This document shows positions 8,905-18,046 of a stretch of DNA of 64,000 nucleotides, one piece after another (position 1 is the first letter of the stretch; the number at the start of each line of letters is the position of its first letter). Source of the stretch: a virus; the IMG/VR virus record IMGVR_UViG_3300027779_000011, positions 1-64,000 of that record, one strand, 5' to 3'. The position numbers were made by a program, and so were the translations under genes. The notes below the pieces were generated by a model. That model made no database searches. It was not told the origin of the DNA and saw only the letters and a program-made list of their open reading frames with translations.

Positions 8905-9123
8905 ATGATGAAAGATTCTGGATTTGCACTTAGGTTGATTGTTTCAACTTCACTTGGGGAAGTAGTAGAGGGCATCTTGATGCTCCAGTCAAAGAGGGAT
9001 TCCGGTCGGGCTTCGATGGCTGAAACATTTCAGTTACTTCAATGGGAAGATGATTTGGATTATGTAATGAACAATCTTGAGGGAGATGCCGTCCCCGATC
9101 CTCGATTGGTAGGGAGGGCGTAA
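8905..9123 (+). CDS. Hypothetical protein
   Basis: Motifs A and B plus AAGGAG SD. Confidence 0.65.
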   Translation: MMKDSGFALRLIVSTSLGEVVEGILMLQSKRDSGRASMAETFQLLQWEDDLDYVMNNLEGDAVPDPRLVGRA

Positions 9124-9311
9124 TGATTGAAAATCTCATAACTAAGCTACTTGATGATGATCATGGAATAAACGAAGATGCTTTTCTTGAGTTGGTGAAA
9201 TATCTTGAACATATTGGAGCAGCGAATATGATCGATAAGCTCAATAAGAAAGTCGAAGCCTCTGATGGGAGGTTCTATTACCCCTTGCCAAACTTTTTTG
9301 GAGATGAATAA
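9123..9311 (+). CDS. Hypothetical protein
   Basis: Translationally coupled operon. Confidence 0.6.
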   Translation: MIENLITKLLDDDHGINEDAFLELVKYLEHIGAANMIDKLNKKVEASDGRFYYPLPNFFGDE

Positions 9312-9568
9312 TGCAACGCCACCAAACCGAAAACTTTAGAGCCGATGGAGATAGCAAGCACCCCAATGGGCCGTACCTTGTGTTTGGCGACGGTTCAACC
9401 TACGCCGGAATAGAGGGGGCTGTTGTCTGCTATATTAGTGAAAATGGCGAGGAAGAACTTGATTCGATAAACGACTTCAAGGCCGTTAGTGAGGAAAGCG
9501 CGATGTACGTGTCCGTACACGAACTTCTAAACTGCTGGGCTATTGTGCATCAAGAGGGCAAAAGATGA
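9311..9568 (+). CDS. Hypothetical protein
   Basis: Translationally coupled operon. Confidence 0.6.
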   Translation: MQRHQTENFRADGDSKHPNGPYLVFGDGSTYAGIEGAVVCYISENGEEELDSINDFKAVSEESAMYVSVHELLNCWAIVHQEGKR

Positions 9569-9795
9569 ATAACCAAATATTTTCCTCACTTCCTCCGCGT
9601 GCATACAAGCGCTGCCCCAATAGTGATAAACATAAAAACTTTATCACAGGCGCTGCGGTATGCCAAGACTGGGTTGTTGACGGAACTGGAAACTTTATTG
9701 AGGTTTTTGACGAATGTACTCAAGTCCTTCATAAGCCTGATACTGAAAACGAATGGACATGCGCAGATTGTGGCGCGATATCTATATCTATATAA
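9565..9795 (+). CDS. Small zinc-ribbon-like protein
   Basis: CP....H and WTCADCG motifs. Confidence 0.55.
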   Translation: MNNQIFSSLPPRAYKRCPNSDKHKNFITGAAVCQDWVVDGTGNFIEVFDECTQVLHKPDTENEWTCADCGAISISI

Positions 9796-9817
9796 ATGAC
9801 AAATGGGAGGAGTGGTA

Positions 9818-10078
9818 ATGTTTCTATTCAAGTTGAGCCAAGATGTAAATAACGACTACGATACTTACAGCAGTTGTGTTGTTGTGGCGAAAGATCCAGA
9901 GAGTGCAAAGGCCATGGTTCCATATAATCCTGCGTTTGATGATGATGATGATGATGATTATTCATACAGGACGCAGGCGTGGGCGTACATCAAAGATGTG
10001 ACGGTTCAGTGTGTTGGACAGGCTGCCGATGGGCTAAGAGAGGGTGAGATTATTTGCGCCTCATTTCATGCCGGATAA
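9818..10078 (+). CDS. Hypothetical phage protein
   Basis: GGAGG SD; YDTYSSCVVVA..ICASFHAG. Confidence 0.65.
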   Translation: MFLFKLSQDVNNDYDTYSSCVVVAKDPESAKAMVPYNPAFDDDDDDDYSYRTQAWAYIKDVTVQCVGQAADGLREGEIICASFHAG

Positions 10079-10278
10079 TCTCCGGCGCCCTTTCGGGAGA
10101 AAAAGTTTGCAAAAAAAGGTGACCGAACAAAAGTTAGATATTTTTTATAATCACAATATATGGTGGTATCAGAGAGGCCGAGAGGCAGAAGGCAAAGGGT
10201 CGAAAAACTCTGATATTTTTTACACCCTAACTATAACACTGAAGACGGGATAAGCCGTCGAAACCAAAGGAACTAAAA

Positions 10279-10722
10279 ATGAGTAACATTTTTGAAAACG
10301 AAAAGAACGAGTCGGCAATCCAGACCATCAAAGAGACGATGAAGGTTTTTGCTGCCGATGACGGCACGCCAATGGTCAGTTTTGCCACTAATAAGGGCAA
10401 GGGTAGCGGCGCTCAGGTTATGAGTGTTGTGACATTTCGAGACTATGTTGAGGCTGTCTCGCATTATGCCGAAAATGGTATTGATGAGATTCCCACTCAG
10501 GATAACCTCTCTCCGGCAGAGACTGTTCACCAGACCATTTCTATGGATGACGATGGCATCGTATCGTTCCGAGTCCGAAGTGGAAAGGGTGCAAAGCCAG
10601 CCAAGATTCAGTCCCTCGATTTTCAAGATGTGGCGTCACTTCTTGAGTCCACAGTTAGTCCGGTTGAGGCGGCGGCGGAACGGCTGTCCCCTCAGACCAC
10701 CGATCTCGCCACAACTGAATAA
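10279..10722 (+). CDS. Hypothetical protein, paralog 1 of 3
   Basis: Highly similar to 12508-12918 and 17603-18046; two motif B copies upstream. Confidence 0.85.
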   Translation: MSNIFENEKNESAIQTIKETMKVFAADDGTPMVSFATNKGKGSGAQVMSVVTFRDYVEAVSHYAENGIDEIPTQDNLSPAETVHQTISMDDDGIVSFRVRSGKGAKPAKIQSLDFQDVASLLESTVSPVEAAAERLSPQTTDLATTE

Positions 10723-10784
10723 ATAAGTCCCCTGACCTTGGGTAAGTCAAAAAACTGCCCATTTTTTACACACAGGAGATTTGT

Positions 10785-10973
10785 ATGCGCAGACCTAACT
10801 CAACAGTCCGCTCCAAGATTGATCGCAAGGCAGCCGCCGATGCTATTGCGGAGGAGCGGACCAAGCGTTCTGATGCGGAACAGCTTGCGATTCTTGATCA
10901 CAGACTTGGAGGTGGGGTCGGAGCAGGGCGCGAACGTAAGCGTCTGCTCGGTCGAATCGTTCCAAAGGGTTAG
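10785..10973 (+). CDS. Small basic protein
   Basis: AGGAG SD. Confidence 0.6.
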   Translation: MRRPNSTVRSKIDRKAAADAIAEERTKRSDAEQLAILDHRLGGGVGAGRERKRLLGRIVPKG

Positions 10974-11059
10974 AGTGTGTGTACAGGCGCAGGGAGGCAC
11001 GGCCTTATAGGTGCCTCAACAGTTATAAGAAAGGGTCCGATACACTTTAGGGGTGATTA

Positions 11060-11332
11060 GTGAATGTAGGCGACTTAGTAAGGCTAACAGGCCATCGGTG
11101 TCATGGGATTCATGGAGGGAGCAAGACGGTGGAGGGTACGATTATTGATATCTCCCCTCATACCGAAACCTATGCATCTTCTGGATGCTTAGAGTATTTA
11201 GTTCTAACCCCCACCGGCCTGAAACACCGATGCTGGAAAGGTGACTTGATTGTTGTTAGAAAAGTCTCGGAACATGGAAGCTGGCATAAACTGTGCGGCA
11301 CTCCAGTGATGCATCCGCCCCAAAAAAATTAG
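11060..11332 (+). CDS. Hypothetical SH3/KOW-like small protein
   Basis: MNVGDLV N-terminus, beta-rich pattern. Confidence 0.5.
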   Translation: MNVGDLVRLTGHRCHGIHGGSKTVEGTIIDISPHTETYASSGCLEYLVLTPTGLKHRCWKGDLIVVRKVSEHGSWHKLCGTPVMHPPQKN

Positions 11333-11470
11333 TGGATTTTACTCGACATTCTTCAGCGGAGGGGGCAGGCGAAAGTCGCCCCCTCGGGAGAAAAAGCTTA
11401 CAAAACACAAGAAAGTAAAAGTTAGATATTTTTTATAACCAAAGTATATAGAGGTGTAAGGGGGCTTAGA

Positions 11471-11878
11471 ATGAAAGATTACTACTCTACCGAAGAACTC
11501 ATGCTCCGTACGATCATAGATATTTCGCGTGACAATGCCCTTCAGGAAGTAGATATTCTCGCTCTTGAAGAACGTGTGCGCACACTGACTGAGGCAGAAA
11601 GTTCAGATCATGTTCAGAATCTTGAGCGCAAACTAAGGGCCATTCAGCAGTCTTTTGAATCCATCCTGGTCAACCCTGATCGCAAGATCCCCATGATCAA
11701 GATGTATCGGGCTATTTTCAACTCTGGGCTAAAAGACTCCAAGCACGCTATCGAGAGGTCTGAGCTATGGAATAGGTGCAAGGTCGCTAAAATCAGCGTG
11801 GTGGGTGTGCAGAATAGTTCTCCACCCGAGGGCATCGCAGAGATATTGCCGTCGTGGTTCGATGGGGAGGAGACTTGA
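11471..11878 (+). CDS. Coiled-coil protein with ribosomal L7/L12 C-terminal-like domain
   Basis: KIPMIKMYRAIFNSGLKDSKHAIE resembles bL12 KIxVIKxVRxxTGLGLKEAKxxVE. Confidence 0.6.
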   Translation: MKDYYSTEELMLRTIIDISRDNALQEVDILALEERVRTLTEAESSDHVQNLERKLRAIQQSFESILVNPDRKIPMIKMYRAIFNSGLKDSKHAIERSELWNRCKVAKISVVGVQNSSPPEGIAEILPSWFDGEET

Positions 11879-12106
11879 TATGAAAGTATGTCCAAAGGAT
11901 GCAAGATGCGGCACTGAGGCGTCATAATAATATCGTTCCTGCCTTTGCCTTGGCGTCGACGGACAGAAGGGCATCGAATACTGGACGACCGCTGGCAGAG
12001 CGGGGGGAAAATACTCTGCCTTTCTTCCCCCCCGGGAGAAAAAGTTTGCAAAATTTGTGCACGCAAGGGCGCGACCTACCTTGGTTGGCGGGCCGCGCTC
12101 CTAATA

Positions 12107-12271
12107 CTATCTCCCGATACGGTCACGGATCTTCGCCCTAAGCCCACAAGCCTTGTCAGAATCGGTGGGCAAACGGTCCAGAAAGGCCATTAGCTCCGCG
12201 TCTCCCGCAGACTTGTTTCTTAGAGCAGACCGAACCTCAAGGAATAAGATTCTACGATCTTGACATTCCAT
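12107..12271 (-). CDS. Hypothetical protein (54 aa, not in ORF track)
   Basis: Reverse motif B at 12343, AGGAGG SD, MECQDRRILFLEVRSALR. Confidence 0.65.
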   Translation of the reverse strand: MECQDRRILFLEVRSALRNKSAGDAELMAFLDRLPTDSDKACGLRAKIRDRIGR

Positions 12272-12507
12272 TGGCACCTCCTGCTAAAAGTGTATCGAGA
12301 GGATGATTTGTGATAAGGAACCCTCATCACCTCTCGCCCTTTTATATTTTGATTCAAAAAAATATCTAAGTTTTGCCTTGCCTCTCCCGAGGATCTCAAA
12401 TCTTTCGATCTTTTGGGAGAAAAAGTTTACATAATATAATAAATATATTTCATTTGAAAATAGCAAGGGCAGTTTTCATCTCTTGCCCAGGAGCTTTCAT
12501 TATAGCT

Positions 12508-12918
12508 TTATGAAAGGGTTTCACCTGCCGCTTCAACTGAATCAACAGTGGCGGAAAGAAGGCTGGAAACCTCACCGAACTCATCGGCATTTAGCTTGGC
12601 GGGCTTGGAGCCTTTACCAGACTTGATTCTGAAGCTAATAACTTCGTCCTCAAGGGAGATGGTTTGATGAACCATTTGAGCGGGAGAAAGGTTCTCATCA
12701 GATGCAGTCTCACTGATACCGTTTTCGGCGTAATGAGATACAGCACTAACGTAATCAGCAAAATCGCTAACTGCCATTACTTGAGATCCTGTACCCTTCC
12801 CCTTATTGGTAGCAAAAGAAACCATCGGGATGCCGTCATCAGATAGAAAGACCTTCATGGTTTCCTTTACAATCTGAACAGCGGAGAGTTCAACTTCGTC
12901 ATTGAAGATGTTGGCCAT
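12508..12918 (-). CDS. Hypothetical protein, paralog 2 of 3
   Basis: MANIFNDE..VSFATNKGKG; AGGAG SD; reverse motif B at 12973. Confidence 0.85.
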   Translation of the reverse strand: MANIFNDEVELSAVQIVKETMKVFLSDDGIPMVSFATNKGKGTGSQVMAVSDFADYVSAVSHYAENGISETASDENLSPAQMVHQTISLEDEVISFRIKSGKGSKPAKLNADEFGEVSSLLSATVDSVEAAGETLS

Positions 12919-13163
12919 TTTATTAGCTCCTATCAATCTTGTCTTTCGGCACCATGCCTTCTGACATACACATATATATGCGTTATAAAAAATATCTAAG
13001 TTTTGCACTACTTGGATCTCGTGAGCATCTCCCGCCACTAATCGGGAGAAAAGGTTTATAAAGTTTATTATTGTGGCATTTGATACTATAATGATATTTT
13101 GTCTATGTATAGTATATAACGGTGTGAGAACGAGATACCAGCCTAATGACAGGGAGAGTACCA

Positions 13164-13427
13164 ATGATTGAAGTAGAGTATGAAGGTAACACTTATGGAT
13201 TTTGTAAAAGAACCAATGATACCTATTGGATTGGAATAAGAGGAAGTAGAAACGTCATGTTTCCCGGTCCCTATTGTGCCGTTCCATTGTCTTTTTATAA
13301 AGAACTTCATAGGAAGGCTTTGGAGGATGGACATGAGGAATCTATCTTTAGAAACCCGAAGAAGCAAAAGAAGGTTCGCTCTGCACGAGTTAGGGCTAAG
13401 AAAGAAGTTGGAATCAAAATTTTTTAA
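13164..13427 (+). CDS. Hypothetical protein, paralog of 53319-53558
   Basis: MIEV.Y.G.TY..AVP.S.Y..L..IKIF shared. Confidence 0.7.
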   Translation: MIEVEYEGNTYGFCKRTNDTYWIGIRGSRNVMFPGPYCAVPLSFYKELHRKALEDGHEESIFRNPKKQKKVRSARVRAKKEVGIKIF

Positions 13428-13440
13428 TCAGGAGTTTGTA

Positions 13441-13671
13441 ATGTCTATTGGCCGAAAAGAAATGAATGATGCAATCCAGAAGTTCATTAGTGAAGGTGGA
13501 GAGATCGTTCAGATGAAGTATGCTAACGAGAAGGTGCAAAACAAATCTCATCGTAAATCATATCATATTTTGAGACAGGATGATAACCCCCGATCTAAAG
13601 AATATCTTGAGCGAGAGGATAAGAAGGAATCTCAGCTTGTTTTCTCAAAAGATGATCGGATGCGTCAATAA
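13441..13671 (+). CDS. SutA RNAP-binding-domain-like protein
   Basis: AIQKFISEGGEIVQM resembles the SutA xxEEFLxRGGKVQxI motif; AGGAG SD. Confidence 0.5.
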   Translation: MSIGRKEMNDAIQKFISEGGEIVQMKYANEKVQNKSHRKSYHILRQDDNPRSKEYLEREDKKESQLVFSKDDRMRQ

Positions 13672-13929
13672 AAAAGATAGCTTTGCCCCCCCGCAGCGGG
13701 GGGGATGGAGTATGTGTGCGTACACATATAAGTTAAATATATTTTTTCTATTTGAATTATTCAATGCTAACAGAGTAAGATTATGATTGTTACATTGGTT
13801 GCGGGATTTCTTGCAGGAGTTGGAGTTTGCGATTTTTCAAGGAATAAGAAGTTTTCAGGAACGTGCATGTGTGTGCTTTCTGTCTTGCTTATTTTTTCAT
13901 CTATCGGAATTTTTTAATTAGGAAATAAA

Positions 13930-14118
13930 ATGGATACAGAAACTAAGAGTGATGTTACTATGCAAAGGTCTAATAGGCGATTTAACCCCTACAGGGTAAC
14001 CATTATGGTGACTAATAATCAAACTGGCGCTGTGTTCACGCACAGAGGCTTGACCAGACATGAGGCTGAGTGGATCGACCTCGATCCAAACCTAACTGTA
14101 GAGTATTTGAAACACTAA
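13930..14118 (+). CDS. Hypothetical protein
   Basis: ORF with AGGA SD. Confidence 0.55.
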   Translation: MDTETKSDVTMQRSNRRFNPYRVTIMVTNNQTGAVFTHRGLTRHEAEWIDLDPNLTVEYLKH

Positions 14119-14136
14119 GAACCTTTAGGAAAATGA

Positions 14137-14212
14137 GGGTCCATAGCTCAACTGGTAGAGCATCGGACTTTTAATCCGCAGGTTCTGGGTTCGAGTCCCA
14201 GTGGACCCACCA
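14137..14212 (+). tRNA. tRNA-Lys(TTT)
   Basis: Canonical cloverleaf, CTTTTAA loop, CCA. Confidence 0.93.
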
Positions 14213-14227
14213 TTTTCTCAACTTTGA

Positions 14228-14305
14228 AGGCCCATAGCTCAATCAGGTTAGAGCATCGCTCTCATAAAGCGCAGGTTCTCGGTTCAAGTCCGAGTGGGCC
14301 TACCA
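14228..14305 (+). tRNA. tRNA-Ile2(CAT) (lysidine type; elongator Met not excluded)
   Basis: AGGCCCA/TGGGCCT acceptor stem, GGTTAGAGC D-arm, CTCATAA loop, CCA. Confidence 0.8.
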
Positions 14306-14323
14306 TTTATTTAGGATTTAATT

Positions 14324-14524
14324 ATGGATAGTTCAGTGAAGAATTACTGGCCGAGTACACAGCTATGTATGGAGTGTGAGCATAGCATATCTGTAATGGG
14401 TGATGACGAGCCTACATACGTGTGTTCAGTTGGCGTAAAACTTGGACCTTGCGAATCCAAGTGCGAGGAGCAATCTGAAATTGTCGAGGAATCCCCATTG
14501 GGAGATGACCCTATTCACTGGTAA
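14324..14524 (+). CDS. Small Cys-rich protein
   Basis: CxxCxH and further Cys; ends before motif A. Confidence 0.55.
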   Translation: MDSSVKNYWPSTQLCMECEHSISVMGDDEPTYVCSVGVKLGPCESKCEEQSEIVEESPLGDDPIHW

Positions 14525-14635
14525 ACGCCCTCCCTTTCGGGAGAAAAAGTTTACAAAATATTTTGCAATCCATAGTTAAATTATTAGATATTTTTTTTAA
14601 TCAGAATATATCTTCGTATCAGGAGGTAGTCTGCT

Positions 14636-14920
14636 ATGAATAGAGTTAGGGCAATTAGAGAAGATGCTATTGTTGGTATCGGAAGCTGTTCATCTATTGA
14701 TGAGTGCTTAACAAATATTGAAGTTCGTGATCTTCTTGATGAAGATAACATCACAACTTCCTATGAAGCTGTGAAATGGGCAAGGGATAGAGAGCTTTTT
14801 TATCTTGAAAATGCTATGAACTATCGCCGGGGTGGTGATGATGATCCCCAGCTTAGCGATTACCATTCTTTTGAGAAGCTAATAAAAGAAAACCCAATCT
14901 CTTTAATTACAAAGCTCTAA
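14636..14920 (+). CDS. Hypothetical protein
   Basis: Motifs A and B plus AGGAGG SD. Confidence 0.7.
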   Translation: MNRVRAIREDAIVGIGSCSSIDECLTNIEVRDLLDEDNITTSYEAVKWARDRELFYLENAMNYRRGGDDDPQLSDYHSFEKLIKENPISLITKL

Positions 14921-15258
14921 AGGAATTAAGAACTATGGTCTGGACCGCTATCCTTTCTAATGGAATAAACACTACTTCAGAATATATCATGACGGATACC
15001 CCCTGTCATGAAAAGGCGGTAGCAGCCTTTTATAACGTCAGGGTTGAAAACGGTATGTTTCTTGTTGCGATAATTAAAGGACGACATGAAGTTTATGTTT
15101 AATCTTTTAAAGAATGAGTTTAAGTTTGTAAAGAATAGGATGTATATGCTTGGTCTAAACAAGTGGCATCTTCTCTCAATCTTATCTCTTGAAATCATTG
15201 GATGGACTCTTATTTTTATTCTTGGCTATAAAGCCTACAACTGTTGTTAGGAAATATC

Positions 15259-15549
15259 ATGACAAATAAAAATGTAATTAACGCTTGGGTAGATGGCCGT
15301 ATAGCCAGTAGTTGCAACGGCAACATGTCTACAAACGGTGTAGATCTCTATTCATATAATCTAAAGATTGCTTCAAGGCAGGACCATCAGTTCAGGATTT
15401 GGGACTATACAGCAAGCGGTCATTATTACTCTCAGACTACCTCATGTCATGTGAGTTTGGCGCTAAGAATGTTGGACGGAAGTTTCTTTCTTATGCAGCC
15501 AAACACTGACGGTTCTCCTGATGACTATTATAAAAATCTATCTGCTTGA
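15259..15549 (+). CDS. Hypothetical phage protein
   Basis: LYSY..YSQTTSCH motif; SD. Confidence 0.6.
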   Translation: MTNKNVINAWVDGRIASSCNGNMSTNGVDLYSYNLKIASRQDHQFRIWDYTASGHYYSQTTSCHVSLALRMLDGSFFLMQPNTDGSPDDYYKNLSA

Positions 15550-15577
15550 TATTCAATCTAAAAAAAGAGAGTAAAAG

Positions 15578-15913
15578 ATGCTCACTCGTAGACAATTCTT
15601 TGCACGTATGCGCAAATTAGGTTTCTCCAAATCACGTATGCAGATGACTCGCATTGGCTTAACATACGTGAGGGATGACGAAAATGGGCGTGTTACCGTG
15701 ACGGTTCCCAAGTATCATGAGTCAACCTTTACCATCTTGGGAGATACGCCAAATAGCGGCATCTTTGTTAAGGACATCGGAAAGGAAACTAACTGGGGAA
15801 TTCCCGTTAATCCTAATTCAATTGGCCTGAATAATATGCTGGAGGTATGCCTTGGGCTTTGCTCTGGTGATGTTCACATGACGGCTCCTGATTATGAACG
15901 ATATGAGGGGTAA
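15578..15913 (+). CDS. Hypothetical protein, weak HicA-like pattern
   Basis: LGF..VTVTVP.H pattern. Confidence 0.5.
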   Translation: MLTRRQFFARMRKLGFSKSRMQMTRIGLTYVRDDENGRVTVTVPKYHESTFTILGDTPNSGIFVKDIGKETNWGIPVNPNSIGLNNMLEVCLGLCSGDVHMTAPDYERYEG

Positions 15914-15917
15914 TGAC

Positions 15918-16190
15918 ATGTACCGAATCGGAAGCATCATCGAGTATCAAACATTCACAGGCGCTGCTCGCATTGTTCTTGTGGAGGAAAAGGATGATGA
16001 CATAAAGAATGGCCGGGCAGGTTTTGGCGGAATACTTGAGCCAAGCCATATGAAAAATGCCGAACTCCGCGCCGAACGACCGGGCATTTCTAAGCTGGAA
16101 AACCGCCCCCGAAAGTTCGAGAACGGAGTGGCGGAAGGGGCGGGAGTCTGGGGCTACGATAGTCAGATTACTAAAGTATTAAAGTACTAA
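15918..16190 (+). CDS. Hypothetical protein
   Basis: GAGGGG SD. Confidence 0.55.
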   Translation: MYRIGSIIEYQTFTGAARIVLVEEKDDDIKNGRAGFGGILEPSHMKNAELRAERPGISKLENRPRKFENGVAEGAGVWGYDSQITKVLKY

Positions 16191-16200
16191 AGAGGATTCT

Positions 16201-16455
16201 GTGAAAATAGCAATAACTGAATTTGCCGCTGGCCACCACTTTGGAAATCCAGATGGAAAGGGGATAGAATTGGAGTATGTACACTTGACACACGAACAAC
16301 TACACATTATACTAAGGGCGCTCGATATCTTTTCGACAGATATGCACAGTGCAGCCACCGTTACTGGCAGCGAAGAAGCTCTCAGGGAGGCTGAAATCGC
16401 AGACGCGCTCATGGATGAACTCGACTCATACCTTGAGGGGCCAGAAGATGAGTAA
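16201..16455 (+). CDS. Hypothetical protein
   Basis: GAGG SD, GTG start. Confidence 0.55.
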   Translation: MKIAITEFAAGHHFGNPDGKGIELEYVHLTHEQLHIILRALDIFSTDMHSAATVTGSEEALREAEIADALMDELDSYLEGPEDE

Positions 16456-16636
16456 TAAACTAAAGCTAAGGCTGACCCAGGATCAGGCAAATTTAATATT
16501 GCTTGGTCTTGATGAAATTATTTCAAAAGAAGAACACGGGTCAGAAAGAATTGAGGTTGCAGATAGCATACGGAACGCCCTTTGCAGAGAACAAGATGTG
16601 ATAATAAAAAAGATTCTTGATAAAATGAATTATTAA
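16448..16636 (+). CDS. Hypothetical protein
   Basis: Overlaps the upstream stop; L.LT..Q...IL..LD similar to the previous ORF. Confidence 0.55.
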   Translation: MSNKLKLRLTQDQANLILLGLDEIISKEEHGSERIEVADSIRNALCREQDVIIKKILDKMNY

Positions 16637-17024
16637 CGGTAAAATACCCCACTCGACTAACAGCCCGTGTACATATGTACATGGGTTATTTATTTATAAT
16701 TTAATTAAAAAGGATTAAAAAATGTTTGAAGCTATTATTTTTATTACCACTATTGGTTCACTCTGGACAGCCTGCTTTGTTGGCATGGTTGTCGCACTTT
16801 ATAATGACTAGGTATTTATAATGTACAAAAAGCGTAAAATGACCAAAGAGCCTATGGTAATTCACCTTGAGAACGCTCCAGATGATATAACTGGTGAAAT
16901 TGTAAAAACTCTGAAGGAACTAAAGGATGACTATGATCTTGAAACTGAAGAAGTTGAAAAGACTATGAATAAAAATTACTTTAAAAAGCTTATTGGTAGA
17001 TGCTTTAGGGAGTAATCAGGGATT

Positions 17025-17207
17025 ATGAAGAGAAAAAGTTTACAAAATTTAATGTGGCCTATAATTTGGATTACACTATTTATTTTAATAGGTTGTCCGA
17101 AACAGAACAAGCCAGAAGAACCTGTGCCAAGAACTTATGAGGGTTTGGATAATCTTAATGAGGAAGTCTTTCCAGAAGACAGTGGGTTTTTGGAAGATGG
17201 CTTATAA
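17025..17207 (+). CDS. Small putative lipoprotein
   Basis: Basic N-terminus, hydrophobic stretch, LIGC lipobox. Confidence 0.5.
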   Translation: MKRKSLQNLMWPIIWITLFILIGCPKQNKPEEPVPRTYEGLDNLNEEVFPEDSGFLEDGL

Positions 17208-17602
17208 TAACTAAAGCTCTTCAGAGTTCCGGTCCCTTGGTTTGTCCTCTCGTGGGAACTCTGGATCTAAAGAATTCCGAGTCCTTAGTCTTGATCTCCT
17301 GGGGACTGGGAACTCCTAAGACAATATACTTAGTGATATTATATATATCATAAGCCCTAACCCACCCAGGAGAAATGACATTGCAACCGCTGCGTATACT
17401 ATGTCTTTAATAGCAATTCCTTTCCACCATAACCAATGTTTTATTTTCTTTATTATCTTCATGGCTTAATGATACCAATGTTGTCTCTTAAAACCAAGAG
17501 ATGAGCTCCTTCATCTAATCCAATTGGGAGAAAAAGTTTACATAATTTTAATGAAAAAAGACTCCAAGGGGATTTCCCAAGGAGCCTTTCTTTAGTGGTT
17601 AA

Positions 17603-18046
17603 TTACTCGTCACTATCACCTTCATTAGATGTTCCAGTGAGTCGTTCACCCGCTGCTTCAACAGCATCTACAGTGGAGCCGAGAAGCTCTGCAACTTCGG
17701 CCAAGTCACCGTGACCTACCTTGGCTGGCTTCGCTCCCTTACCAGAGCGAACTCGGAAAGAAACAATGCCGTCATCATCCATAGAGATAGTCTGATGAAC
17801 AGTCTCGGCGGGAGAAAGATTATCCTGAGTAGGAATATCATCAATACCGTTCTTAGCGTAATGCGAGACAGCTTCGACATAATCACCGAACTGAACAACG
17901 CTCATAACTTGCGCTCCAGAACCCTTACCGCGATTAGTAGCGAAAGAAACCATGGCGGTTCCATCGTCAGCAGCAAAGACCTTCATGGTTTCCTTAATGG
18001 TTTGAATAGCAGACTCGTTCTTTTCGTTTTCAAAAATGTTAGCCAT
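17603..18046 (-). CDS. Hypothetical protein, paralog 3 of 3
   Basis: Near-identical to 10279-10722; reverse motif B at 18101. Confidence 0.85.
   Translation of the reverse strand: MANIFENEKNESAIQTIKETMKVFAADDGTAMVSFATNRGKGSGAQVMSVVQFGDYVEAVSHYAKNGIDDIPTQDNLSPAETVHQTISMDDDGIVSFRVRSGKGAKPAKVGHGDLAEVAELLGSTVDAVEAAGERLTGTSNEGDSDE

Noticed and set aside
12919-13164. 82-aa N-terminal extension of paralog 2
   Set aside because: Spans motifs A and B; the paralogs start at MANIF/MSNIF
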